DNA of 64,000 bases, from IMG/VR virus record IMGVR_UViG_3300044820_000144, positions 51,592 through 115,591 of that record. One strand, given 5' to 3'. The translations under genes were made by a program, and so were the position numbers. Below the pieces are notes generated by a model. The model was not told the DNA's origin. It searched no databases and was given only the letters and a program-made list of their open reading frames with translations. This DNA comes from a virus. This document shows, in pieces, positions 43,471 to 52,870 of the stretch (its first letter is position 1; every line of letters begins with the position of its first letter).

Positions 43471-46220
43471 GGATCGTCCCCCCGACCCTGACCGACACCT
43501 GGCTGGGCGGGGAGTTCACCGGCGACCGTCGCCCGATGGCCCGGGTCACGATGCAGCGCATCCAGATCAAGCTGCAGAGCGTCGACCCGAAGCGCCTGTT
43601 CGCCAGCATGATGTTCGGTCAGGGCGACCAGCCCCGCGAGATGCCCAACGTGAAGAGCGTCGAATGGGACCGCTCCACCGGCTCCGACGTCGCCACGTGC
43701 ACCATCGTGCTGTACAACACCGCCGCACTGCAGCTGGGAACCCAGCCCGTCCCCTCGGGCGACTTCGACCAGCCCGGCTTCTACACCTACAACTACGGAT
43801 CCACCAAGTGGGGACCCAACCGGTGGGGGGCCGTCGCGAACGACTGGACCGACTTCATCATCCCCGACCGGCTCGTCCGCACCTACGAGGGATACGGATT
43901 CGACTCCACCGTCGCACCCGAGAAGGACCCCCACCTGGTCCAGACCGGGACCTGGCTCATCGACGACGTCGAGTTCAGCACCGACGGCCTCATCACCGTC
44001 ACCTGCCGGGACGTCGGCAGACTCCTGCTGGACCACATCATGTTCCCCCCGGTGATCCCCCCGGCCGCCTACCCGCTGATGTGGGACCCCCCGCACCAGG
44101 TCGACAATCCGCCCGTCGTGTCGCCCGTCGGTCCCAGCTGGAGACCCACCTACGGGACCGACTCCGGGCGGCCCTACTTCGGGCGCAACGGCCTGGTCCA
44201 CGGCCACCGGCCCTCCGACGCGTTCGACCGCTCGACCTCCACGTACTGGCTCAGCGTCGGGAACGCCCAACCGAAAGCCGGGTACGCGTATGAGTTCATC
44301 GAAGGCAACTGCGGCGGCAAGACGGTCTCCTCTGTCACCGTGAAGACGTGGGGCGGCCCCTACCGCGCCTTCCTGTCCATCAAGGTCAAGGGCAAGTGGC
44401 TCGGCACCACCACCATCCCCTACGACCCGAACAACCCCGTCAGCGCGCCCAACGGGTCGAACATCACCTACTCCCTCGTCGCCACCGCCGGCCGGGAGAC
44501 GAACACCACCTTCACCCTGAAGACGCCGGTCGCCAAGGTCGACGCCATCCGCATCACCTTCACCGACCTGTGCAACTCCGGGATCGGTCCCTGGCGGTAC
44601 CGCGCCGGCGTGCGTGACATCCAGTGCACCAGCCAGCACCAGACCACCACTCCCGGCGGCACCCACACCGTCGGCGATTACAACGACTACACCGACATCG
44701 TGAAATACCTGTTGGCCTGCGGAGGATTCCACTGGCCGCGCACCGCGATGGCATTCGAGACGCTCTCCGACGGTACGAAGGTCGTCCTGTCGCCGCCCAC
44801 CGACGACTCGTTCCTGAAGTCCGGGCGCGTCTGGGGTGACCTGGAGATGAGCGGCACCACAGCCATCTACGTGTACGGCGACGTTGGCAGGCTCGGCAGC
44901 GACTGGGACAAGAAACCACTCATGGACGGGATCGCCTACATTCGCGACCTGCTCGGTTTCGTGTTCTTCATCGACGAGACCGGCGGCGCCGTGTTCCGGC
45001 TGCCCAACTGGTTCTCCCTCGGCAACTGGGTCGGCGACCTCGCCGCCAACGCCGGCTACCTCGCCGACCCCACCGGGCTTCGCAACTACATCGTCCAAGA
45101 GGGCGGCAAGTATCCCGTCGTCGCCGGCGACAACTGGATCACGGTCGCGGTGAAGCTGGGCGTCACCGAAGCCGAACTGCTCACCGCCAACGCCGCACGC
45201 GGTGGCGGTGCCCTCGTCGTCGGCGAGGCCCTGGTCATTCCGCTGAACGGGTCCTACACCTACACCGTCCTGGCGGGCGACACGTGGGCCACGGTCGCGG
45301 TCAAGCTGGCCGTCACCGAGACGGAACTGCACGCGGCGAACTCGGCCCGCGGCTCCGGGGCCCTCACCCCCGGGGAGCACCTGGCCCTGCCCGCGCCCGA
45401 CACGTGGGCGACCGCCGCGGCCCACGCCGGTGTCACGGAGGCGGTCCTGCGCGACGCGAACTCGCTGCGCGGGTCCAGTCCGCTGCGCCCCGGGGAGGCG
45501 CTGGTCGTTCCCGCCCTGCCGACCTCCGACACGGCGTCCTACACCGTCCGGGCCGGCGACAACTGGATCACTGTGGCGGCCCAGTTCGGCATCACCGAAG
45601 CCGCCCTGCTCGCGCTCAACGCCACCCGCGGCGGAGGCGCCCTCGCCATCGGAGAGCACATCGTCGTCCCGACGATCCACCCGATCATCACGATCGACGA
45701 GCGACAGACGCTGGTCGGGCTCCGCGCGAAGATCAGCTCGAAGAACATCCGCGAGTCCATCTTCGTCGCCAACACCAACGGCCAGTACGGCGCCGTCGCC
45801 AAGGGCTTCCACCCCACCAACGAGCCCATGGGCTTCCGCCGCGTCGGGGGTTGGACCGACCAGAACTTCGCCTCCACCGCGGAGGCCCAGCGCATGGCCG
45901 AGATGATCACCATCCAGCAGCAGGTCACCTACCGGACCGACACCATCACCATCGTCGCCAATCCCGCCATCCAGATCGACGACCAGGTACGCGTCTGGGA
46001 GCGGATCACCGGCGAGGAGTTCGTCCAGTACGTCAAGGGCATCAAGTCCAAGAACGACCTGGAGTCGGGGGAGTGGACCTACGACTTGGACACCCATTGG
46101 CTCGGCAAGGACCCGCTGCAAGCCTGGGGGGTCGACATCTCGCAGGTGAGCACCGAGACGGCCATGTTCCTGGACCTGCTCAAGGCCAACCGGCCCCTCC
46201 CCACCGGATTGGGGCAGTGA
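43467..46220 (+). CDS. Tail hub / Tal-like protein with four LysM domains
   Basis: LLDHIMFPP and LRDLLGFVFFIDETG hub-like segments; four GD.W.TVA..GVTEA.L..AN..L..GE.L..P repeats. Confidence 0.78.
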   Translation: MRIVPPTLTDTWLGGEFTGDRRPMARVTMQRIQIKLQSVDPKRLFASMMFGQGDQPREMPNVKSVEWDRSTGSDVATCTIVLYNTAALQLGTQPVPSGDFDQPGFYTYNYGSTKWGPNRWGAVANDWTDFIIPDRLVRTYEGYGFDSTVAPEKDPHLVQTGTWLIDDVEFSTDGLITVTCRDVGRLLLDHIMFPPVIPPAAYPLMWDPPHQVDNPPVVSPVGPSWRPTYGTDSGRPYFGRNGLVHGHRPSDAFDRSTSTYWLSVGNAQPKAGYAYEFIEGNCGGKTVSSVTVKTWGGPYRAFLSIKVKGKWLGTTTIPYDPNNPVSAPNGSNITYSLVATAGRETNTTFTLKTPVAKVDAIRITFTDLCNSGIGPWRYRAGVRDIQCTSQHQTTTPGGTHTVGDYNDYTDIVKYLLACGGFHWPRTAMAFETLSDGTKVVLSPPTDDSFLKSGRVWGDLEMSGTTAIYVYGDVGRLGSDWDKKPLMDGIAYIRDLLGFVFFIDETGGAVFRLPNWFSLGNWVGDLAANAGYLADPTGLRNYIVQEGGKYPVVAGDNWITVAVKLGVTEAELLTANAARGGGALVVGEALVIPLNGSYTYTVLAGDTWATVAVKLAVTETELHAANSARGSGALTPGEHLALPAPDTWATAAAHAGVTEAVLRDANSLRGSSPLRPGEALVVPALPTSDTASYTVRAGDNWITVAAQFGITEAALLALNATRGGGALAIGEHIVVPTIHPIITIDERQTLVGLRAKISSKNIRESIFVANTNGQYGAVAKGFHPTNEPMGFRRVGGWTDQNFASTAEAQRMAEMITIQQQVTYRTDTITIVANPAIQIDDQVRVWERITGEEFVQYVKGIKSKNDLESGEWTYDLDTHWLGKDPLQAWGVDISQVSTETAMFLDLLKANRPLPTGLGQ

Positions 46221-46221
46221 C

Positions 46222-46683
46222 ATGTACAACGACAGCGCCTACGGGCTGCTCCTGCAGGACCGGGCCCGACTGGACGCCGCGCGGGAGAACACCGCCCGCA
46301 CCGCCCGCAGCGCCATCACGTACACCACCACCGGTATCGGGGAGCTGTTCACCGGCGTCTACCTGGACCTGAAGACCCGGTTCGTCGAGGAGCCCGTCTT
46401 CACCTCCGGGATGGTCCTGGACCACTCCACCCCCCTGGTGTCCGGGCACTACCCCCGCGCTCACACCGGCGTCACCGAGTGGCACCGCGACAGCTCCGAC
46501 TTCTACGTCGGCGCCTTCCTCTTCTTCTGCGTCGACACCACCGGCCCCGGGTCCCTACTCGGCACCGAACCGAACTACGTGATCCACCACAACCTGGTGT
46601 TCGAGGGCAAGGCCATCAAGGACCTGCCCACTCACCTCCTCGACATGGTCATCGGCACCGTCGCGGACGACGGGAAGGGCTGA
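46222..46683 (+). CDS. Hypothetical tail-tip protein
   Basis: Coupled ORF in tail-tip region. Confidence 0.7.
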   Translation: MYNDSAYGLLLQDRARLDAARENTARTARSAITYTTTGIGELFTGVYLDLKTRFVEEPVFTSGMVLDHSTPLVSGHYPRAHTGVTEWHRDSSDFYVGAFLFFCVDTTGPGSLLGTEPNYVIHHNLVFEGKAIKDLPTHLLDMVIGTVADDGKG

Positions 46684-46684
46684 C

Positions 46685-48535
46685 ATGGCGATCGTCCCGA
46701 TCCGCGACGAGTACACCGACTCCACCGCGGGCCTGTGGCAGATGCACACCCCGGTCAGCCTCGACAACGGCACCTTCGTCGCCATCACCGACAAGCACAC
46801 CAGCGGCGGCGGCCCCGACGGCATGTCCTTGCGGATGGTCTCCAGCGACGACGCACCCGCCGGCCCCCAGGCCCGCCTCTACACCCAGACCGCCACCGGC
46901 TGGACTCGCGGCGACCCCACCGCCCTGACCGTCGACTGCATCAACGCCCGCGCCAGCGCCGCCACCCTGGACGGCAACGTCCTCACCCAGGGCGAGGCCA
47001 CCGTGGAGACCGTCACCTACGCCCCGGCCGCCTCCGAGACGACCGGCCCCAGCCGGGACATGAGCCCGACGCGCACCCACCCACTGACCCAGACCCTCGG
47101 CCAACTCCTGGACTACACCGGCCCCGGACCCCTGCAGGTCACCGCCGTTCACGTCGGCGTCCTGGACGGCACGAACGTCTCCGGCGCAGCCACCATCCGA
47201 GCCAGGATCTGCTGGGACGTCAGCGGCAGCCTCCTGCCCATCGCGGAGGCCACCCACCTGCTGGTCCCCGGCTCCACGACCTACCAGCTCACCTTCTCCG
47301 AGCCGGTCTTCCTGCAGCCCAGCCGCCGCTACTACGTCCTGCTCCTCGACCTCACCGCGGCCGGCGGTTCCGACGAAGGCTTCTGGGAGCTGACCAGCGA
47401 CACGAACGCTTCCACGCCCGCGGGGGGCGTCCTGGCATCGCTCGGCACCTTCGTGGATGGCGACCTGCACACCGGTCCCGGTGTCCTCCCGGTGTGGTTC
47501 TCCTTCGACTACTGGCGCGACGCCTACCCCGTCACCACCACGGTCACCGCCACCGGATACACCGTCCTGGACGTCAACCCGACCACCAAGACCATCGCCA
47601 CCGCCCCCGTCGCCCTCGCCCCCGGAGGGGACCTGGACGCCTGGGGCCGCTGCGCCACCGAACCCGATGCCATGGCCCGCATCCCCGGCACCAACCGGTT
47701 CTGGGCCTGGCGGTCCTACCCCGACCCCGGCATGAACCTCCTGGACCTGCTCCAGGTCACCGGCACCCACGTCGACGTCATCGCCACCGCCGCCGTGGGC
47801 CCCGTCGGCACCCACGCCTACCCACCCCACGCGATCATCCCGCTGAACGCCACCGAAGCGATCAGCCTGCTCTCCACCCCCGACGAGATCCTGCTCGTCC
47901 ACGTCGTGGTCGCCGGCACCACCCTCACCGTCAGCACCCAGCCGGTCGTCGGCTACCCGCCCGCCGATGACGCCACCCTCGTGCCGGGCCTCAACTTCCA
48001 GGCCGAGCTGCTGGTCAAGGCGAACAGCAGCGAACCCCTCACCCTGGCCCGCCTCGGGCTCACCTGGCACGCCGGCAGCTTCACCATCACCACCCTGCCG
48101 ATCGTCCAGCTCACCGCAGGCACCAAGCCCCCCGACTACTCACCTCGCAACGCCAACTACTACGTCCGGATCACCTCTGGCTCCACCTCCATCGCTCGCA
48201 ACGGCGCCCTCGTGGTGGCCCGACAGTTCTTCGACGCCGGCTCCAACGACAACTGGGTCCTGCTCACCCAGTACGACCAGAGCACCGGCAACATCGTCGC
48301 GAGCACGTGGAGCAAGGGGGATCGCAACGGCTCCACGAAGGACTACCTGTGGATCAATGACCTGTCGTTGCGGTTCGACGTCTCCACCTCCCGCCTGATC
48401 CTCGCCGGCACCGAGTCCTACGAACCGCTCGGGGCATCCGTCGCCCTCGTGCAGGCTGCTCGGCTCGGGGTCTACCGGCTCGGCTACGTCCTGGACGGCA
48501 CCCCGCGCAGCGACCGGCAGCGCTTCGAACGGTGA
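46685..48535 (+). CDS. Putative tail-tip / receptor-binding protein
   Basis: 616-aa beta-rich last gene of the late region. Confidence 0.6.
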   Translation: MAIVPIRDEYTDSTAGLWQMHTPVSLDNGTFVAITDKHTSGGGPDGMSLRMVSSDDAPAGPQARLYTQTATGWTRGDPTALTVDCINARASAATLDGNVLTQGEATVETVTYAPAASETTGPSRDMSPTRTHPLTQTLGQLLDYTGPGPLQVTAVHVGVLDGTNVSGAATIRARICWDVSGSLLPIAEATHLLVPGSTTYQLTFSEPVFLQPSRRYYVLLLDLTAAGGSDEGFWELTSDTNASTPAGGVLASLGTFVDGDLHTGPGVLPVWFSFDYWRDAYPVTTTVTATGYTVLDVNPTTKTIATAPVALAPGGDLDAWGRCATEPDAMARIPGTNRFWAWRSYPDPGMNLLDLLQVTGTHVDVIATAAVGPVGTHAYPPHAIIPLNATEAISLLSTPDEILLVHVVVAGTTLTVSTQPVVGYPPADDATLVPGLNFQAELLVKANSSEPLTLARLGLTWHAGSFTITTLPIVQLTAGTKPPDYSPRNANYYVRITSGSTSIARNGALVVARQFFDAGSNDNWVLLTQYDQSTGNIVASTWSKGDRNGSTKDYLWINDLSLRFDVSTSRLILAGTESYEPLGASVALVQAARLGVYRLGYVLDGTPRSDRQRFER

Positions 48536-48777
48536 CACGCCGTCCACCCGGCGGCCGATCACCCACCGTGAGATTCAGACCCTGAAACACCCGGGAATGT
48601 CCGACACGTACCCATCGAACATCACCAACGGCTGCGGGTTCATCTGTTCGACGGAGCACCCATCTACTGCCCCCACACATAACGGAGTGCTAATTTTCGG
48701 ACACGTCGTGCGGCTGACCTCACGACGGGAACACCGGGTCGCGCGCGCCGCGACTTCGCACGAGAGGACCTCCCCCC

Positions 48778-49032
48778 ATGACGCTGCCGAGCCCCCGCAT
48801 GCCCGCAGACAACCAGGCCGACAAGGCCCTGTTCCTCGCGGCCTGCGAGCACATCTTCGATCACTGCAGAGCCGCGAGCCGAGCCCAGCTCGTGCACGGC
48901 GCCCGCATGATCACGCTGAAGCTCGGGGGCACCCTGCTGGTCATGGCCGAGTCCACCGTGTCCAAGCGCGACGTCCCCGAAGTCGCCTACGTCTCCGAAG
49001 GCATCAAGATCGCGGGAATCCAGTTCAGCTGA
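48778..49032 (+). CDS. Small hypothetical protein
   Basis: GAGG RBS, phage codon usage. Confidence 0.65.
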   Translation: MTLPSPRMPADNQADKALFLAACEHIFDHCRAASRAQLVHGARMITLKLGGTLLVMAESTVSKRDVPEVAYVSEGIKIAGIQFS

Positions 49033-49140
49033 ACGGCTGAGGCCACGTAGCTTGCAGCTCCCCGAAGCACAGAAATACCGTTCTCCAGGTACGGGATAGC
49101 GGCGAGGCCGCCACCCGAGGTCCAGACCCGAGGGGTCGCA

Positions 49141-49221
49141 AGGGCCGACCATCCACCGCATCGCCCACGGGGCGGTACGGAGCCAGGCGCTCAGGGCGCA
49201 GGCGGATGGTCGGCCCTTTTT
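49141..49221 (+). terminator. Long-stem terminator/attenuator with internal hairpins
   Basis: 14-bp stem AGGGCCGACCATCC/GGATGGTCGGCCCT followed by T-tract, 49-nt structured loop. Confidence 0.6.
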
Positions 49222-49255
49222 CGTGCGCCCACAGAGCTGACATGAGGAACTGAAC

Positions 49256-50140
49256 GTGCTGATCCACCAATCCACCCTCTCGTCCTGGACGCGGTGTCCA
49301 CAGGCAACATTCCTGTCACAGCAAGGCCACCGTCAGATCCAGACCAGCGCCCTCAGCTTCGGCACCGTCATGCACTACGCCCTCGAAGTCTTCGAAGGCG
49401 AATGGCGCAGCGGCAACACCACCTGGGCCGGCGCCCGCGACCAGGCCGTCGAGACGTTCCGCCACTACTGGCACCCCATGCACATCGAGGCCATCACCAC
49501 CCCCGTGGAACTGTGGCTGCCCCGCCAGTCCTACGCGGGCCTGGCCCGCACCGGCGTGGACGCCATCAAGTGGTTCGCCGAATACTCGCGCGACGCGGAC
49601 GAGGAACTGCTGGCCACCGAGTTCGGCTTCCAGGTCCCCATCGAAGGCACCTGGGACTACGACCTGAACGAGCCCCACATCCTCGGCGGCACCATCGACC
49701 GGCTGACCGTGACCTACTTCAAGGGCGTCCCGACCCTGACCTGCGGGGACTACAAGACCGGCAAGGACTACCCCTACCTGCGTCAGAACCTGCAGTTCTC
49801 CGCCTACCTGATGGCGACCACGCGGCGGGAGTTCTGGACCGGGTGGCGGGGCGAGGACGGGTTCGGCGACCGCGGCGAAGCCCTCTTCGAGCGCTTCAAG
49901 ACCCTCCCGCGGCGGGGCTCGTGGATCGCGCTGAAGACCAAGAAGGTGATGGACGCCGGCTGGCGCGGACCCGACGACTACGCCCGCTTCGCCCTGGCCG
50001 CCGAGCAGGTCATCGCCTCCATGAAGGCGGAGATCTACCCGATGTCCCTGTCGGGGGAGAACTGCTCCTTCTGCACCTACCGCGACATCTGTGTCGGCGT
50101 CGGCGTCCCGGCCGCCGAACACGGTGCGCCCACTCGCTGA
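49256..50140 (+). CDS. PD-(D/E)XK (RecB/Cas4-like) exonuclease
   Basis: WTRCP, FGTVMH, GGTIDRL, GDYKTG, QFSAY and C-terminal CSFCTYRDIC. Confidence 0.88.
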   Translation: MLIHQSTLSSWTRCPQATFLSQQGHRQIQTSALSFGTVMHYALEVFEGEWRSGNTTWAGARDQAVETFRHYWHPMHIEAITTPVELWLPRQSYAGLARTGVDAIKWFAEYSRDADEELLATEFGFQVPIEGTWDYDLNEPHILGGTIDRLTVTYFKGVPTLTCGDYKTGKDYPYLRQNLQFSAYLMATTRREFWTGWRGEDGFGDRGEALFERFKTLPRRGSWIALKTKKVMDAGWRGPDDYARFALAAEQVIASMKAEIYPMSLSGENCSFCTYRDICVGVGVPAAEHGAPTR

Positions 50141-50170
50141 CCAGAACCGAACCCGCAGATCGGAACCGTC

Positions 50171-50641
50171 ATGCCGCCACAGTTCGAGAGATTCGAGCCG
50201 CCACCGCGCCCCTGGTACACCAAGCCCCGAGCCCACATCGCCTTCGGCATCACCCTGATAGTCCTGGCCGTCATCATCCTGTTCGCGGCGAACAGAAGCG
50301 ATGACCGACCCGGCATCAGCACCACGAGCATGATCACCCCGCTCATCGCCGTGAACACCAAGACCCTCGGCGACGAGTTCGGTCGAGACCCCGCCGCAGC
50401 TGGACGCAAGTACGGCGGCCGGCGGATCGAGCTGACCTCCACCGTCATCGACGTGTCCGACTCCCAGCTCACCCTCGGAACCACCGCCACCAAGAGCCCC
50501 ACCACCACGCGGATCGCCTGCCGCCTCGGACGTCTCAGTCAGTCCATCGCCCTCAAGAAGGGCGCGCAGATCACCGTCATCGGGACGGTCGCCGGCCAAT
50601 ACCTCGGCGCCATCGACCTCGACAACTGCGTCGTTCTCTAG
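50171..50641 (+). CDS. Membrane-anchored OB-fold protein (tRNA_anti-like family)
   Basis: Single TM then LGDEF..DPAAAGRKYGGRRIELTSTVIDV...KKGAQITVIG. Confidence 0.7.
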   Translation: MPPQFERFEPPPRPWYTKPRAHIAFGITLIVLAVIILFAANRSDDRPGISTTSMITPLIAVNTKTLGDEFGRDPAAAGRKYGGRRIELTSTVIDVSDSQLTLGTTATKSPTTTRIACRLGRLSQSIALKKGAQITVIGTVAGQYLGAIDLDNCVVL

Positions 50642-50715
50642 CCCACCAGGCCGACCATTCCGTATCGATTCCTGGCCACCCCCATGCCCAAAATCGGCTC
50701 AAAAGGAGAACGACG

Positions 50716-52188
50716 TTGGCTCTGGTAATTCGAACGACCGGGCTGGAACAGTACGCTCCCGGAGGGGAAGCACGCCTCAAGCTGCTCACCATCGGCGGCC
50801 CCGGCGTCGGCAAGACCCGCTTCGCCTCCTACTTCCCCCGCCCCATCTACGCCGACTGCGAGGCCGGCCTCGCCTCCGTCGCCGACCGCAACGTCCCCTA
50901 CGTCTCGGTCAACTCCAGCAGCGACATGCTCGACCTGCTCGCCCACCTCAAGCTCGAATGCCGCCTGCCCAAGGACAAGCGCACCTACGACACCGTCGTC
51001 ATCGACACCCTGGACGCCTACCAGCGCAAGCTCAAGAACGAATGGATGGAGACCAACAAGGCACCCGCCTTCACCGGCTGGGAGGCATGGGGATTCGTCG
51101 GACAGAAGATGAGCCTGCTGTTGACCAGGCTGCTGAACCTCGACATGAACGTCATCGTCAACGTCCACTACAAGGACAAGACCACCAAGGACGACGACAG
51201 CGGCAAGGAAACCCACGAGCTGATGCTCCAGCTCCAGGGCGAGATCTCCGACACCGCGTTCAACGACTTCGACCTCGTCGGCTGGATGGGCACCTACTGG
51301 GAGACCGAGGCCGGCGAGCGCGTCCAGAAGCGCGGCCTGACGTTCAAGCCCACCCCGGACAAGCCGTTCCTCAAGGACCGCCTGCACGTCACGCCCACCT
51401 GGATGGAGATCCGGTTCGCCGACAGCGACTACGAGCAGCTGTTCACCCGCATCACCGACCGCCTCGCCGACCTGGCACCCACCCAGACCGTCGGGGAGAT
51501 CCCCACCGCCGACCCCAACGCCGTCATCCCGTCCGGCGTCGTGCGCCCCGAGGCGGTCGCCTCCGGCGCCCTGCCCCCGCAGCAGCCGACCGAGCTGCCC
51601 CTGGCCCAGCTGGACAAGCCGGCCCTGGCGAAGAAGGCCCGCGACCTCGGCGTCACCACCCTGCCCGACGGGTCACCGATCAAGGGCAACACCCTCAAGG
51701 CCGAGCTGATCGCCGCCATCGAGCACCACCAGGCCCAGCCCGCAGCCGAGTCCCCTCAGCCCGCCGCGGAGCCCGCCGCGGAGCCCGCCGCGGAGCCCGC
51801 CGCGGAGGCGAACACCGAGACGCCGGCTGCTGCACCGCCCACGGCCAACCCCAGCCGGGTCACCGTGCCCCGACAGAACAGCGCACCTGACATCGAGCGG
51901 GTCACCGAGGGCCTGGTGGACAAGCGCACCGGGGAGCTGCTGGACGAGCCCGACACCGAGGCCGCCATCGCGACGGTGCAGAAGGAGCTGGGCGGGCGGG
52001 TCATCGCCCAGCCCGTCGACAAGCCCGCCGAGCCGAAAGCTGCGCCGGCATCCACCGCGCCGACCGTCGTCTGCGAGGACTGCGGAAAGGACCTCGCGGG
52101 AGAACGACAGGACTACGTGAAACTCGCGTGGATCAAGTACCGGAAGCGGCTGTGCGAATCCGATTACCAGACCCGCAAGAACGGCTGA
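50716..52188 (+). CDS. AAA_24 / Sak4-like ATPase recombinase with C-terminal Zn finger
   Basis: GGPGVGKT, VVIDTLD, DLVG; CEDC...LCESD; AAAAGGAG RBS before TTG. Confidence 0.82.
   Translation: MALVIRTTGLEQYAPGGEARLKLLTIGGPGVGKTRFASYFPRPIYADCEAGLASVADRNVPYVSVNSSSDMLDLLAHLKLECRLPKDKRTYDTVVIDTLDAYQRKLKNEWMETNKAPAFTGWEAWGFVGQKMSLLLTRLLNLDMNVIVNVHYKDKTTKDDDSGKETHELMLQLQGEISDTAFNDFDLVGWMGTYWETEAGERVQKRGLTFKPTPDKPFLKDRLHVTPTWMEIRFADSDYEQLFTRITDRLADLAPTQTVGEIPTADPNAVIPSGVVRPEAVASGALPPQQPTELPLAQLDKPALAKKARDLGVTTLPDGSPIKGNTLKAELIAAIEHHQAQPAAESPQPAAEPAAEPAAEPAAEANTETPAAAPPTANPSRVTVPRQNSAPDIERVTEGLVDKRTGELLDEPDTEAAIATVQKELGGRVIAQPVDKPAEPKAAPASTAPTVVCEDCGKDLAGERQDYVKLAWIKYRKRLCESDYQTRKNG
51760..51807 (+). 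repeat. 12-bp tandem repeat x4 (PAAE linker)
   Basis: CCCGCCGCGGAG four times. Confidence 0.9.
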
Positions 52189-52213
52189 GCCTCACCCACT
52201 GAAGGAGTAGACC

Positions 52214-52663
52214 ATGGGACGCCAGTTCACCACCGAGGAAGAGAAGGATCTCACTCTTCCGATCGACAGCATTCACCGTGCCCGCCTGGAGGACATCAAG
52301 GAGCGCACCTTCGAGTTCACCGACCGGAACGACGGGACCAAGAAAACCGCGTCGAACCTGGAATGGTGGTGGGAGATCACCCGCCCTGGTGGGGGGCTGG
52401 ACGACGAGTACATCGGTCGCCGGGTGAAGGGCGAATGCCGCCCGAAGATCACCAACCGGCCGGGGAACAAGTTCCGCGAGTGGTCCGAGGCCATCCTCCA
52501 GCGCGACATCCCCATCGGCATGGTCGTGGACCTGGACGACCTGATCGGCCTGGAGGCCGAGATCGTGATCGGCCATCGCCCGGACAAGAAGGACCCGCTG
52601 AAGGTCTGGGAGGAGGTCGTCGGAGTGCTGCCGGCCGGTGAGGCCGAGGCTCCCCCGTTCTAA
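52214..52663 (+). CDS. Putative single-stranded DNA-binding protein
   Basis: After Sak4-like gene; OB-like pattern, acidic/aromatic C-terminus EAEAPPF. Confidence 0.65.
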   Translation: MGRQFTTEEEKDLTLPIDSIHRARLEDIKERTFEFTDRNDGTKKTASNLEWWWEITRPGGGLDDEYIGRRVKGECRPKITNRPGNKFREWSEAILQRDIPIGMVVDLDDLIGLEAEIVIGHRPDKKDPLKVWEEVVGVLPAGEAEAPPF

Positions 52664-52677
52664 CCCGATCGGGTTAG
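52660..52677. promoter_or_regulatory. 18-bp perfect palindrome, candidate operator/hairpin
   Basis: CTAACCCGATCGGGTTAG, same 12-bp core as 27805-27816. Confidence 0.5.
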
Positions 52678-52679
52678 AG

Positions 52680-52817
52680 ATGTCCGAGCTGGGAGAGATC
52701 CGCAGCGAGCTGAGCGGCATCCGGCGCGAGCTGACGGAAGTCAACCAGCAACTGCTCCAGCTGGTCGACATCCAGTTCGCGATGCTCACCGAGAAGGGCG
52801 TCGCGACGGACGACTGA
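52680..52817 (+). CDS. Small coiled-coil peptide (45 aa), not in ORF track
   Basis: MSELGEIRSELSGIRRELTEVNQQLLQLVDIQFAML... translated by hand. Confidence 0.55.
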   Translation: MSELGEIRSELSGIRRELTEVNQQLLQLVDIQFAMLTEKGVATDD

Positions 52818-52824
52818 GGCACCA

Positions 52825-52870
52825 GGGGCGACGGTCTCCGGGCGGGTTCGACTCCCGCCGCCCCACTCCA
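52825..52870 (+). ncRNA. tRNA-like minihelix (acceptor-like stem plus T arm)
   Basis: GGGGCG/CGCCCC stem stacked on GCGGG-TTCGACT-CCCGC; no D or anticodon arm. Confidence 0.45.

Noticed and set aside
43467-46220. Endolysin call based on LysM repeats
   Set aside because: No catalytic hydrolase motif; LysMs are embedded in a tail hub protein
48597-49040. 147-aa ORF from the track
   Set aside because: Atypical composition and overlaps the better 48778-49032 gene in another frame; 48536-48777 is more likely regulatory
49256-50140. CRISPR Cas4 / adaptation module
   Set aside because: Stand-alone RecB-like nuclease next to Sak4-like and SSB-like genes, a standard phage recombination module; no array or cas1
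52780-52870. Complete tRNA gene
   Set aside because: No D arm or anticodon arm and CCA is out of register; kept only as a tRNA-like minihelix
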